From Tepidisphaera sp. (GTDB lineage Bacteria > Planctomycetota > Phycisphaerae > Phycisphaerales > UBA1924), in contig CP051526.1 of the NCBI GenBank assembly GCA_050916045.1, forward strand, positions 2,624,001-2,688,000: a DNA stretch of 64,000 nt, given 5' to 3'. The notes below the pieces were generated by a model. It did no database searches. It was given only the letters and a program-made list of their open reading frames with translations, and had not been told where the DNA came from. Both the position numbers and the translations under genes were made by a program. Shown one piece after another: positions 10,438 to 19,221 of this stretch (the first letter of the stretch is position 1; each line of letters opens with the position of its first letter).

Positions 10438-10773
10438 ATGCCCGATATCACCGACCGTTCCACGCAGATCACCGAGCTTGCGACGCAGGCTGCCGCCGAG
10501 CTGAGCGTGATGATGAAAGCCGCGGACAAAAAGGACAAGAAAGCGGCGTTCGAAGCGTACCGCGATGTGCTTCGCCTGATCGGCCGCACGAGCATCAACG
10601 AGTTCGAGGGGCGGACGTCGCTTCTGACAGGACTGGTCGCGGAACTGTCCGAAGTGACGCGGTCGATCAAGGTGAAGAACCCGGTCGCGGGGCATCTGAA
10701 CACGCTTGCGGGGTTCACGGAGAAAGCTCTGGACCTGATCAAAGCCGAGAAAGATGCGGCCGATCCGGCCTGA
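10438..10773 (+). CDS. Hypothetical alpha-helical protein
   Basis: AGGGAG RBS upstream; good codon usage; follows the lipoprotein gene. Confidence 0.75.
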   Translation: MPDITDRSTQITELATQAAAELSVMMKAADKKDKKAAFEAYRDVLRLIGRTSINEFEGRTSLLTGLVAELSEVTRSIKVKNPVAGHLNTLAGFTEKALDLIKAEKDAADPA

Positions 10774-10795
10774 GGGCTATTGGAGTCCTGAGGGA

Positions 10796-12070
10796 TCAGG
10801 ATGGGCGCATCGCGGAGCGGCAGGTCTGGATGCGTTCCTCGAACATCGCTCGTTCGCGAGCGTTGGAGCAGAGGTCGGCGGCACGCTCGAACGCTGCGAG
10901 GGCGTGGGCGTGGCGGCCGAGCTTGAGAAGCAGGTCGCCGCGGACGCCGAAGTACGGGTGGTAGCGTGCGAGAGCGGGTTCGTTGGCGATGGGTTCCAGC
11001 AGGTCGAGGCCGGCTTGGGGACCGCGGAGCATCGAGACCGCGACGGCACGGTTGAGTTCGACGATGGGCGAGCCGGTGAGCTCGGCGAGATCGTCGTAGA
11101 GCGCGACGATCGAGGGCCAGTCGGTGCTTGCGGGCGTGAGGGCGGTCGCGTGGCGGGCGGCGATCCTGGCTTGAAGCGTGTAGAAGCCGGGCGGCTGGCC
11201 GAGGCGGTCAGCGCGTTCGATGGCGGCGAGGCCACGGCGGATGTGGACGCGGTCCCAGCGTGAGCGGTCCTGGTCCATGAGAAGGATCGGCTTGCCGGAC
11301 GCATCGACGCGAGCGGCTTGCCGCGAAGCTTGGATCTCCATGAGGGCGACGAGGCCATGTGCTTCGGGCTCTCTGGGCATGAGTTCGGCGAGGATGCGCC
11401 CGAGTCGAAGAGCTTCTTCGCAGAGCGCGGGGCGCATCCAGTCGTCCCCCACCGTCGCGGCGTAGCCCTCGCTGAAGAGGAGGTAGACGACCTCGAGAAC
11501 GGACTGCACGCGTTCCGGGAGGTCTTCCGCGGCGGGCATCTCGAAGGAGTCCTTGAGCTCGGCGAGGGTGTGCTTGGCTCGGACGATGCGCTGGGCGATC
11601 GTGGGTTCGGGAGCGAGGAAGGCGCGGGCGATCTCGCGGGTGCTGAGGCTACAGAGGAGCTTGAGCGTGAGCGCGGCGCGGGCTTCGGTCGCGAGCGCGG
11701 GATGGCAGGTGGCGAAGATGAGCCTGAGGAGGTCGTCTGGCACGGGGTCGTCGAGCGTGGGATGGGGTGTCGCGGGTCCTGTTTCGGCGGGCGGAGCGTT
11801 CGCGAGTTCGGCGCGGATGGAGCTCAGGCGGCGTTCGCGTCGGGCGCGGTCGATGGCTTTGTGCTTGGCGGTCGCCATGAGCCAAGCTGCGGGGCTTTGG
11901 GGGGAGCCGTCTCGGGGCCATTGTTCGAGAGCGGCGAGAAAGGCTTCCTGAGCGAGTTCCTCGGCGGCTCCGAGGTCTTGGGTCGATCGGGCGAGGGCGG
12001 CGATGAGCCGGGGCGCTTCGATCTTCCAGATCGCTTCGATCGCTTTCGATATCGGTTGTGGGTTGTTCAT
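10796..12070 (-). CDS. ECF sigma factor with C-terminal TPR-like extension (ECF42-type)
   Basis: AEELAQEAFLAALEQWP, DDLLRLIFATCHP, EIARAFL, QRIVRAK, DQDRSRWD; adjacent to a DGPF gene. Confidence 0.92.
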   Translation of the reverse strand: MNNPQPISKAIEAIWKIEAPRLIAALARSTQDLGAAEELAQEAFLAALEQWPRDGSPQSPAAWLMATAKHKAIDRARRERRLSSIRAELANAPPAETGPATPHPTLDDPVPDDLLRLIFATCHPALATEARAALTLKLLCSLSTREIARAFLAPEPTIAQRIVRAKHTLAELKDSFEMPAAEDLPERVQSVLEVVYLLFSEGYAATVGDDWMRPALCEEALRLGRILAELMPREPEAHGLVALMEIQASRQAARVDASGKPILLMDQDRSRWDRVHIRRGLAAIERADRLGQPPGFYTLQARIAARHATALTPASTDWPSIVALYDDLAELTGSPIVELNRAVAVSMLRGPQAGLDLLEPIANEPALARYHPYFGVRGDLLLKLGRHAHALAAFERAADLCSNARERAMFEERIQTCRSAMRPS

Positions 12071-12095
12071 CGGTCGGGCGTCGCGGCGGGTCGCT

Positions 12096-12461
12096 TCAGG
12101 TGGTGAAGTCCGCTTCTTCGAAGAGCGGGCGGATCTCGACCTCGCACTCGTGGCCCGGGTGCGGGTTGGGGCAGCGTTTTAGCCACTCGGTGGCTTCCTC
12201 GAGGGATCGCACCTGCCACAGCCAGTATCCGGCGATGAGTTCCTTGGACTCGGTGAAGGGTCCGTCGATGACGGTGCGCTTGTTTTGGGCGAAGCGGACG
12301 CGGGCGCCGTGGGAGGAGGCTTTGAGCCCGGCTCCGTCGAGCATGACGCCGGCTTTGACGAGTTCCTCGTTGAACTTGCCCATTTCGGCGAGAAGTTCGG
12401 GGCCGGGCATGACGCCGGCTTCACTGTCTTTGGTGGCTTTGATGATGACCATGACGCGCAT
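12096..12461 (-). CDS. YciI/DGPF family protein
   Basis: VIDGPFTESKELIAGYW, EIRPLFE; AAGGAG RBS. Confidence 0.92.
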   Translation of the reverse strand: MRVMVIIKATKDSEAGVMPGPELLAEMGKFNEELVKAGVMLDGAGLKASSHGARVRFAQNKRTVIDGPFTESKELIAGYWLWQVRSLEEATEWLKRCPNPHPGHECEVEIRPLFEEADFTT

Positions 12462-12517
12462 GCTGGAACTCCTTGCGGGGGCTGGACCGGTTCTCGATGA
12501 GCCGGCTCTGCACGATT

Positions 12518-12544
12518 GTCGAACGGCGGGGCCGAAGATCGACA
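12518..12544 (-). promoter_or_regulatory. Candidate ECF42-dependent autoregulatory promoter
   Basis: Minus strand reads TGTCGA-N17-CGAC about 55 bp upstream of the DGPF start, matching the ECF42 consensus as I recall it (TGTCGA / CGA/TC). Confidence 0.75.
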
Positions 12545-12666
12545 CGGGACCCAAAGATTTTTCGGTTTGTGGGGCGGAGCGGTGCCGATTCGGAGCGGGA
12601 CACCTGGATCGGGTGAGTTTTCCGAGATTCGGCGGGAAAGGCTGGTGCGTGTAGGATACCTGAAGC

Positions 12667-13089
12667 ATGACCGAGTTGCCCACCACGCCTGCTGACGAAC
12701 GCACGGCGCCGCTCAGGGTGCTGCTGGTGGATGACTCGGCGGATCTGGCGAACATGCTCGCGCGGTGGATGCGATCGCAGCCGGGGCTTGAGGTGGTCGG
12801 GGTTCTGGGGAGTGCGGCGGGGCTGGCGGCGGAAGTGGTCTCCCGGGAAGCCGAAGTCGTGATGCTGGATCTGGTGATGCCGGGGCCGCCGCCGCTGGAA
12901 GCGATTCGGGGGATACTCGCGAGGGCTCCGGGGTGCCGCGTGCTCGTGTTCAGCGGGTATGACGACGCGGAGACGCGCGGGCAAGCTTTTGCCGCGGGGG
13001 CGCACGACCTGGTCAGCAAGAACCTCTCACCGCGGGAGATCGTGGAAGCGATCCGGCGGGCGGGGGTCGCTTCTGGTGGCGGAGCGTGA
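12667..13089 (+). CDS. Stand-alone response regulator receiver protein
   Basis: VLLVDD, MLDLVMPG, FSG, VSK; no output domain. Confidence 0.88.
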   Translation: MTELPTTPADERTAPLRVLLVDDSADLANMLARWMRSQPGLEVVGVLGSAAGLAAEVVSREAEVVMLDLVMPGPPPLEAIRGILARAPGCRVLVFSGYDDAETRGQAFAAGAHDLVSKNLSPREIVEAIRRAGVASGGGA

Positions 13090-13090
13090 A

Positions 13091-13546
13091 TCACGGATCG
13101 CCGAGTTGGCCGATGAGAATGACGTATCCGTCGGGATCGGAGATGCGGAACTCGCCTTCAGGCATGTAGTCGGGGCGGGTGACGGCGAAAGCGACGCGGC
13201 GGCCGCCTTCGGGCCCGGGCTGGCCGCAGAAGACGTGGCCGTCGTGGAGGCCGCTGGCGAGAAGGTGGGCTCGCAAGTTGGAGACATCCGGGCTGTACAT
13301 GTAGAAGAGGACGGCTTGCTGGTCGGGGATGATCGGTCCGCTGGCGCGGGCGAACATGATCTCGGCGTGGTCGCTTTGGAGGAGAGCCCAGAACGGCTGG
13401 CCGTGCGCATCGCGGAGCATGCTTTGGACTTCAAAGCCGAGGAGGGCGTAGAACGCGACGGAAGCGTCGACACTCGCGACGTGGGCAAAGGTCACGAGAC
13501 GGTGGACGGCGAAAGGATGTCTCGGGCTGGATCCCGCGGGTGTCAT
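13091..13546 (-). CDS. VOC/glyoxalase family protein
   Basis: VASVDASVAFYALLGF ... EFRISDPDGYVILIGQ. Confidence 0.85.
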   Translation of the reverse strand: MTPAGSSPRHPFAVHRLVTFAHVASVDASVAFYALLGFEVQSMLRDAHGQPFWALLQSDHAEIMFARASGPIIPDQQAVLFYMYSPDVSNLRAHLLASGLHDGHVFCGQPGPEGGRRVAFAVTRPDYMPEGEFRISDPDGYVILIGQLGDP

Positions 13547-13574
13547 GCGGAGAGGGTAGCGGGAAGGGAGCGAA

Positions 13575-14120
13575 TCACGGGATGCCGGCGCGGTCGAAGA
13601 TCTCGCGCATGAGCGTGCTTTTGGCGTCCGCGTAGGCGGTGCGGTTGTCGCCGAACCGGGCGGCGAGGTCGGACTTGAGCGCGGCGTAGCGGGCGGCGAG
13701 ATCGGGATGGGCACGCAAGGTGTCGCGGACGGCGGCGTGGCGGATGGCTTCCTTCGAACCTTCGACGAGCATGTGCGCGTGGTGCGTGCGCGGCGAGCCT
13801 TTGACGAAGAGGTGGCGGCCGGGGATGCCGTAGTCACCGGCGTACCAGTAGCCGAGTGCCCGCATGGGCGCGACGCAGGCGAAGCCGTCCTCGTAAGCGC
13901 GGAGCACGGGCATGAGGTCGAGGATGGGCTTGGCGATCAGGCCGGGGACGGAGGTGCTTCCGATGTGTTCGACGCGGAGGAGGGTCGGGCCGCACGCGGA
14001 CGCGATGCGGGCGCACTCTTCGGCGGCGGCGGAAAGCCAGCGCGGATCGTGGTCGACGAGGACGATCTTCTCGGGAGCGGCCCAGAGGTGTTCGGGATCG
14101 ATGGCGGGTCGCGGGTTCAT
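13575..14120 (-). CDS. GrpB family protein
   Basis: EHIGSTSVPGLIAKPILD, RDTLRAHP, YAALK, YADAK. Confidence 0.9.
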   Translation of the reverse strand: MNPRPAIDPEHLWAAPEKIVLVDHDPRWLSAAAEECARIASACGPTLLRVEHIGSTSVPGLIAKPILDLMPVLRAYEDGFACVAPMRALGYWYAGDYGIPGRHLFVKGSPRTHHAHMLVEGSKEAIRHAAVRDTLRAHPDLAARYAALKSDLAARFGDNRTAYADAKSTLMREIFDRAGIP

Positions 14121-14152
14121 GGCCGGAGCGTAGAAACCGGACGCCGTTCGCG

Positions 14153-15136
14153 TCAGACGCAGGCGAGAAGAGCGTGGGCGTGCGAGGAGGCGCAGAGGGT
14201 CGCGGAGTCGGCGAGAGCGGCGGGGACAAGAGCCGTCTGGCCGGCGCAGATGAGGCTTGAGCCGCCGCCGGCGCGGAGGTCGGCGTGGCCCTCGAGCATC
14301 ATGACGACCGTGGCTCGCGAGCCCATCGCGAGCGGGGCGCAGCCCAGCTTGGTGATCGTGAGCGAGTCGACCTCGAAGAACTCGGTGGTAACGAGGCGGC
14401 CGCGGGCCATTCCGGAGGGGACGCGAGCGGCGGGCGGGGGCGGGCCGAAGTCGATGCAGGCCATCGCTTGTTCGATGTGAAGTTCACGGCCGGTGCGGCC
14501 CCAGTCGTAGACGCGGTAGGTGGTGTCGCTTGGCGTCTGGATCTCGGCGGCGAGGACGCCTCCGCCGAGTGCGTGGCAGGTGCCGCTGGGAAGGTTGTGG
14601 CATTCTCCGACGACCGCGGGGACGGCGATCATGTCGTTTGCGACTTCGTTGGACTCGATGTGTCGGGCGAACATCTCGCGGGTGACGCCGGGCTTGATGC
14701 CTTTGTAGATGACGGCACCGGGCTCGGCGGCGAGGATCATCCAGCATTCGGTCTTGAGGTTGCAGCCGAAGTTGAGCGCGGCGTAGGAGGGGCTGGGGTG
14801 CACCTGAACGGAGAGGTTCTCGCGGGCGTCGAGGAACTTGACCAGCAGCGGGAAGCCGCCGTCGACGGTGGGCTTGGTGGGGCCCAGGAGCGCCGCGCCC
14901 CACTGGTTGAGTGCGTCGCGGATGGTCTTGCCGGCGAGCGGGCCGTTGACGATGACGGAGTGGGCCGAACCGCCGCCGCCGCCGGACGCGGAGGTCGAAG
15001 CGAGGTCGGCGAGCTCCCAGCTTTCGCCGATGAGCATGCCGGTGGGCAGTGGCTTGCCGAAGGCTTCGAGTCGGCGTCCGCCCCAGACCTTGTCCTTGAG
15101 GATGGGAGCGAAGATGAGGGGGTACGGGGCCGTCAT
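14153..15136 (-). CDS. manA: Type I mannose-6-phosphate isomerase
   Basis: VWGG, GESWE, FPLLVKFLDA, LSVQVHP, KTECW, GTCHA, EIQTPSDTTYRVYDW. Confidence 0.92.
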   Translation of the reverse strand: MTAPYPLIFAPILKDKVWGGRRLEAFGKPLPTGMLIGESWELADLASTSASGGGGGSAHSVIVNGPLAGKTIRDALNQWGAALLGPTKPTVDGGFPLLVKFLDARENLSVQVHPSPSYAALNFGCNLKTECWMILAAEPGAVIYKGIKPGVTREMFARHIESNEVANDMIAVPAVVGECHNLPSGTCHALGGGVLAAEIQTPSDTTYRVYDWGRTGRELHIEQAMACIDFGPPPPAARVPSGMARGRLVTTEFFEVDSLTITKLGCAPLAMGSRATVVMMLEGHADLRAGGGSSLICAGQTALVPAALADSATLCASSHAHALLACV

Positions 15137-15145
15137 GGGGGTGGA

Positions 15146-15655
15146 TTAGGACAGCGACATGCCGAGGATCTTGGCTTGGAACGTCACCTTGTCGCGGACG
15201 ACGCCCATGACATCGCAGAGGAAGCGTTTGCGGCTGACGCGGATGTCGCGGCAGAGGAGAAGGAGGTCGTCGCCGGGAGCGACCATCGCGCGGAACGTGG
15301 CTTCCTCGATCTTGCAGAAGACAGAGAGGCCGACATCGGGGAAGCGGCGGTAGTAGAGGTAGGCGGCGAGCTGCGCGGCGGACTCGATCTGGAGCACGCC
15401 GGGGTAGAGGGCTTTGTCGGGGAAGTGCCCGGCGCACCAGAACTCATTGTCGCGGATGTTTTTGACGCCGATGCCGCGGACGAAATCCGGAGAGTGCCAG
15501 AGGATGCCGTCGATGAGCATCATGTTCCCGCGGTGCGGGATGACCTTGCCGATGTCCTCGCGCCCGTGGATGGGGCGAGAAGCATCGAGCTCCGGAATAT
15601 CGAAGAGGAACTTGGACTCGGCGGCGGGCGCGGCGGGCGGCTGTGGGGTGTCCAT
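15146..15655 (-). CDS. fabZ: 3-hydroxyacyl-ACP dehydratase, FabZ/FabA family
   Basis: IPHRG.MMLID, GHFP...YPGVLQIESAAQ, FRAMVAPGD. Confidence 0.8.
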   Translation of the reverse strand: MDTPQPPAAPAAESKFLFDIPELDASRPIHGREDIGKVIPHRGNMMLIDGILWHSPDFVRGIGVKNIRDNEFWCAGHFPDKALYPGVLQIESAAQLAAYLYYRRFPDVGLSVFCKIEEATFRAMVAPGDDLLLLCRDIRVSRKRFLCDVMGVVRDKVTFQAKILGMSLS

Positions 15656-15668
15656 GGCCTGCTTCCGG

Positions 15669-15863
15669 TCAGGGCTTCTGAGCCGGCTGATCGGCTTCGC
15701 GCGTGTCGAGCACGGCGATGCGGACGGCCTGGGCGGCTTCCTTGATGTCCTGCATGGCTTTGCGGACGCGGACGCCGGCGGCTTTGTTGCCACCCTTCCA
15801 CTTGAGAATGTCGCCCTCGGCCTCGGAGATCAACCGCTTGAGCGTTTCGAAAGCTTCCATCAT
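15669..15863 (-). CDS. Small Hc1/histone H1-like nucleoid protein
   Basis: D..K..GGNKAAGVRVRKAMQDIK..AQAVR; AAGGA RBS. Confidence 0.8.
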   Translation of the reverse strand: MMEAFETLKRLISEAEGDILKWKGGNKAAGVRVRKAMQDIKEAAQAVRIAVLDTREADQPAQKP

Positions 15864-15991
15864 GTGTCCTTTCCGGGGCCCGAACAAGAACCAAGTGACT
15901 GCGGACGGGCCTGCTTCCAATATTCAGCCGGTCGGAACCCGGAGACAAGGGGTGCGGGGCGGCAAGGACGATTTTCGTACTTTATTCGGTG

Positions 15992-17089
15992 CTAATGAAG
16001 CTGGGGGAGGTACTTCTCGATGACTTCGAGGGCACCCTTGACGTACCTGACGTTGTGCTCGCGGCCGAGGAAGAGGGGGACGACGGACGCCATGAGGAGT
16101 CGGCGGGCGATGGCGACGTCGGTGGCGTGGGTGTCGACGGGGAGTCCGGCTTCGCGGCGGAGGCGGGAGAATTCGGCGAGGGGCTTGATGCCGTGAAGGA
16201 GTTCGGCGTGTCCCCAGTACTGACGCTCGAGGTAGACGGCGTCTTCGGCCCAGTGACCGGCGTGAACGAGGGCGAGGTCGATGAGGACGCAGCGCGAGGC
16301 ATCGCCGGGGCAGATACGTCGGAGGGCGTTGCCGGGGTGGAGGTCGCCGTGGCACCAGGCGTTGACGGGCCGGTTGTTCCAGCGGGCGAGGATGAGGGGG
16401 AGGGCTTTCTGAACGTGCTTGATGGCGTCGATCCAGCGGAGGTGGTCGGCGATGTGGCTTTGGCGGACAGCTTCCTTGGCTCGCGCGATGTTCTCATGCC
16501 AGTTGAGGGCTTTGGCTTCCTCGGGAGCGGGCGGTCGGACGGCGCTCGCGGCTTGCTGGAACTCGACGGCGGCGTGGAGGAGCTCGTGGATGGCGGGTTG
16601 GTCGAAGGCTTTGGCGAGCGGGGCGCCTTCGAGGCGCTCGCACACGAGCCATCCGAGGTCGAGCCCGCCGAGGGACATGCCGCTTGCGAGGACGCGGGGG
16701 ACGACGGGGCCGAGGGGGTGTTTGCGTGGGGCGTGATTGTGGGCGTTGCAGAGCTCGCAGGACCAGCGGAGTTCGTTTGGCCCCACGGGGAGCTTGACGA
16801 GGACGCCTCTGGGCCCGGCGGGATCGTTCCATGGAGCAAAGCCGGTTGCGGCTCCGCCGTGCTGCCACGCGGCGTTGAACCACTCGACGGGTCCGAGCTT
16901 GCCGTCGCAGGCTTCCCGGAGGACGGGCTCGAGGTGGATCGCGAGAGAGTGGGAGTCGCCGGGAGACGCGGGAAGCGTCTGGCCGTAGGGCTTGACGGGT
17001 GTGTGGGAATCGCGAGCGGCTTGGAGGGCGTGCGACCCTCCGAGCGTGCTCGGTGAAGCATCGAAGGAGGATCCGACGGGCTGCGTCAC
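15992..17089 (-). CDS. Aminoglycoside phosphotransferase-like kinase
   Basis: VLVKLP, CHGDLHPGNAL, VLIDLA; GTG start uncertain. Confidence 0.8.
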   Translation of the reverse strand: MTQPVGSSFDASPSTLGGSHALQAARDSHTPVKPYGQTLPASPGDSHSLAIHLEPVLREACDGKLGPVEWFNAAWQHGGAATGFAPWNDPAGPRGVLVKLPVGPNELRWSCELCNAHNHAPRKHPLGPVVPRVLASGMSLGGLDLGWLVCERLEGAPLAKAFDQPAIHELLHAAVEFQQAASAVRPPAPEEAKALNWHENIARAKEAVRQSHIADHLRWIDAIKHVQKALPLILARWNNRPVNAWCHGDLHPGNALRRICPGDASRCVLIDLALVHAGHWAEDAVYLERQYWGHAELLHGIKPLAEFSRLRREAGLPVDTHATDVAIARRLLMASVVPLFLGREHNVRYVKGALEVIEKYLPQLH

Positions 17090-17115
17090 GATCGGGAGGG
17101 CTCCGTTGATGGATC

Positions 17116-17976
17116 TTACCGCGCGGGACCGAGGTCGTGCAAGTCCAAATGGGGCGAAGCGGCGTTCATCATGGCGATGAACTGCGCGGTGGTGAGGTTC
17201 TCGGCCCGGTCGGTGGGCGTGATGCCGTCGGGCCAAGTGATTTTCTCGGAGACCGCACGACCCAGAACCGAGCCGATCTGCTTGCGTCTTTTGGAAAGGA
17301 GGAACTGCGCGAAGTCGGCGAGCGAACGCAGGTCGCACGGGGGCGGGGTGTCGCGGCGGACGAGCGCGATCATGGCGCTGTCGACGTCGGGGCGGGGCCA
17401 GAAGCACTCGGGCGGGAGCTTGGCGATGCGGTGGCGGATGCACGCGGCGTCGGCGACGACGGAGACGGTGCCGTAGGGGTCGGTGCCAGGGGTGGCGAGC
17501 AGACGATCGGCGACCTCGCGCTGGATCGTGACCCACATGCCCAGGCACTCGGGGTGCGCGGTCATGAGTGTGAGCATGACGGGCGTCGCGGCGGCGTAGG
17601 GGAGATTGGCGACGAGCTTGAAGGGTTCACCGCCGAGAGCGGCGACGAGGGCGGGGGCGAGGTGGCGTTTGTCCGCGAGGCAGTCACCGTGAACGAGGGC
17701 GAAAGCGGGCTTGTCCGCGTGGCGTTCGCGGAGAAGCTCGGCGAGTTGGTCGTCGAGTTCGGCGGCGATGACACGACAGCCGCGGGCGAGGAGTTCCTCG
17801 GTGAGCGTGCCGGTGCCGGGGCCGACCTCGAGGACGAGGTCGCCCGGAGCGACCTTGGCGTCGTCGACGAGTTTTTTGACGAGGTTCTGGTCGATGAGGA
17901 AGTTCTGGCCGAGGGCTTTCTTGGGCGAGAGGCCGCGGGCGAGGAGGAGCTCCCTGATCTCGGCGAGGGTCTGCAT
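17116..17976 (-). CDS. rsmA: 16S rRNA m6,6A dimethyltransferase
   Basis: KALGQNFLID, VLEVGPGTG.LT, VANLPY, QREVADRL, FWPRPDVDSA, RAENL. Confidence 0.96.
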   Translation of the reverse strand: MQTLAEIRELLLARGLSPKKALGQNFLIDQNLVKKLVDDAKVAPGDLVLEVGPGTGTLTEELLARGCRVIAAELDDQLAELLRERHADKPAFALVHGDCLADKRHLAPALVAALGGEPFKLVANLPYAAATPVMLTLMTAHPECLGMWVTIQREVADRLLATPGTDPYGTVSVVADAACIRHRIAKLPPECFWPRPDVDSAMIALVRRDTPPPCDLRSLADFAQFLLSKRRKQIGSVLGRAVSEKITWPDGITPTDRAENLTTAQFIAMMNAASPHLDLHDLGPAR

Positions 17977-18001
17977 GGGGAGTTGTAGGGCGGGCGAGGA
18001 A

Positions 18002-18034
18002 CTGAAATTTCAAGTTTGGAATCTCAAATCTGAA
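18002..18034. repeat. AT-rich degenerate heptamer tandem repeat
   Basis: TGAAATT/TCAAGTT/TGGAATC/TCAAATC/TGAA. Confidence 0.65.
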
Positions 18035-18107
18035 GAGGAGGATTCCCTTACCACGCTCCTTCGGCGAGTGGACGAACAACCGCCGAGGCCACCGAGTAGG
18101 ATTGTGC

Positions 18108-18794
18108 ATGGCTGCCGACCGCACACGTCGCAGAGTCGGGATCGCGCTGCTTGCGATGGGCGTTGCGTTGTCGGCGGGTGCCGTGGTGCATTCAGGCTAC
18201 CACACGCATTGTTCTCTCGAGCGCGGATTGCACGGCCTCAACATCGGGGTGTGCCCGGGGGAAGTGTCGGTGGCGCTCTTCTCTGATCCTGGCCGCCTTA
18301 AGGACGCCCGCAACTCCAAACTGAGCTTTCGCCGCGACACCTTCAAGGCGTCAAGCCGCGAGTGGATGGTTTGGAGGGATGAGTACACCAGACGGAGTTC
18401 TGCCAGCAGCGACATTGGCTACCTTGGATTTGCGACGCCGATCCTTGCGGTCGAGACCTACCTCGATTTCATCGAAACGAGTTGCGGCCTTCGCTTCAAT
18501 GACCCCGGATTGAACTCGATGGCGACTCGCGCGCATCAGATCAAGGTGTACCGGGTTGCGGTGGCCAGTTGGCTTGTCCCGGTTCCTGCGTTACTCCTGG
18601 GTGGGTTTCTCTTCTGGTCGGGGCGTCGGGTTGGCGTGCGTTCTAGGAGCCACGGTTGCACGGCGTGCGGCTATAGCTTGCGGGGGTTGCCCGTCGGGAC
18701 GGAGTGTCCGGAGTGCGGCATGGATGGAGCGGGTCGGTCACGCCACGACGATCACGACGGCGACGATCGCGAGAAGGATGTTGAACGCGATTGA
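18108..18794 (+). CDS. Hypothetical membrane protein with C-terminal zinc ribbon
   Basis: N-terminal and C-terminal TM helices; CTACGYSLRGLPVGTECPECG; more A/T-ending codons than neighbours. Confidence 0.7.
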   Translation: MAADRTRRRVGIALLAMGVALSAGAVVHSGYHTHCSLERGLHGLNIGVCPGEVSVALFSDPGRLKDARNSKLSFRRDTFKASSREWMVWRDEYTRRSSASSDIGYLGFATPILAVETYLDFIETSCGLRFNDPGLNSMATRAHQIKVYRVAVASWLVPVPALLLGGFLFWSGRRVGVRSRSHGCTACGYSLRGLPVGTECPECGMDGAGRSRHDDHDGDDREKDVERD

Positions 18795-19142
18795 GGTCAT
18801 TGTCGCGGCGAAGTAGGTGCTTTTGGTCGAGCGATCGGCGAGGAGAAGAACTTCTCCGCCCGAGATCGAGATGACGAGGGAGACAATGAGCAGGATCGGA
18901 AGCTCGACGGTCAGGTGGTAGATCTCGCTCGAACCGGAGGCTTGGAGGAGCTGCGCGAGGCCGACGAGGGGTGGAACTTGTGCGGACGCGATGAGGAGCC
19001 AAGGGGCGATGCCGACGTGTTGGCGCTTTGGGCCCGCCGTGGTGACCTTGAGGCCGCATTCGGGGCAGGCGACATCGCCGTTGCCGTCGAGGGGGAGCGA
19101 CGTCAGGTCGTAGGCGCATTGGGGGCAAAAGCGGGTGGGCAT
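18738..19142 (-). CDS. Hypothetical membrane protein with N-terminal zinc ribbon
   Basis: CPQCAYDLTSL...CPECG followed by about three TM helices. Confidence 0.72.
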   Translation of the reverse strand: MPTRFCPQCAYDLTSLPLDGNGDVACPECGLKVTTAGPKRQHVGIAPWLLIASAQVPPLVGLAQLLQASGSSEIYHLTVELPILLIVSLVISISGGEVLLLADRSTKSTYFAATMTSIAFNILLAIVAVVIVVA

Positions 19143-19157
19143 GGGGAGGGGGAGGGG

Positions 19158-19189
19158 GAAATTTGAGATCTGAAATTTTAGATTTCAAA
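19158..19189. repeat. AT-rich degenerate heptamer tandem repeat
   Basis: GAAATTT/GAGATCT/GAAATTT/TAGATTT/CAAA; same unit family as 18002-18034. Confidence 0.65.
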
Positions 19190-19221
19190 GGCGAAGGCGA
19201 AGACAAGAGCAAAGGCGGCGT

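Noticed and set aside
15992..17089. APH-like gene as an antibiotic resistance determinant
   Set aside because: Only the generic kinase fold motifs are present, and the context is housekeeping
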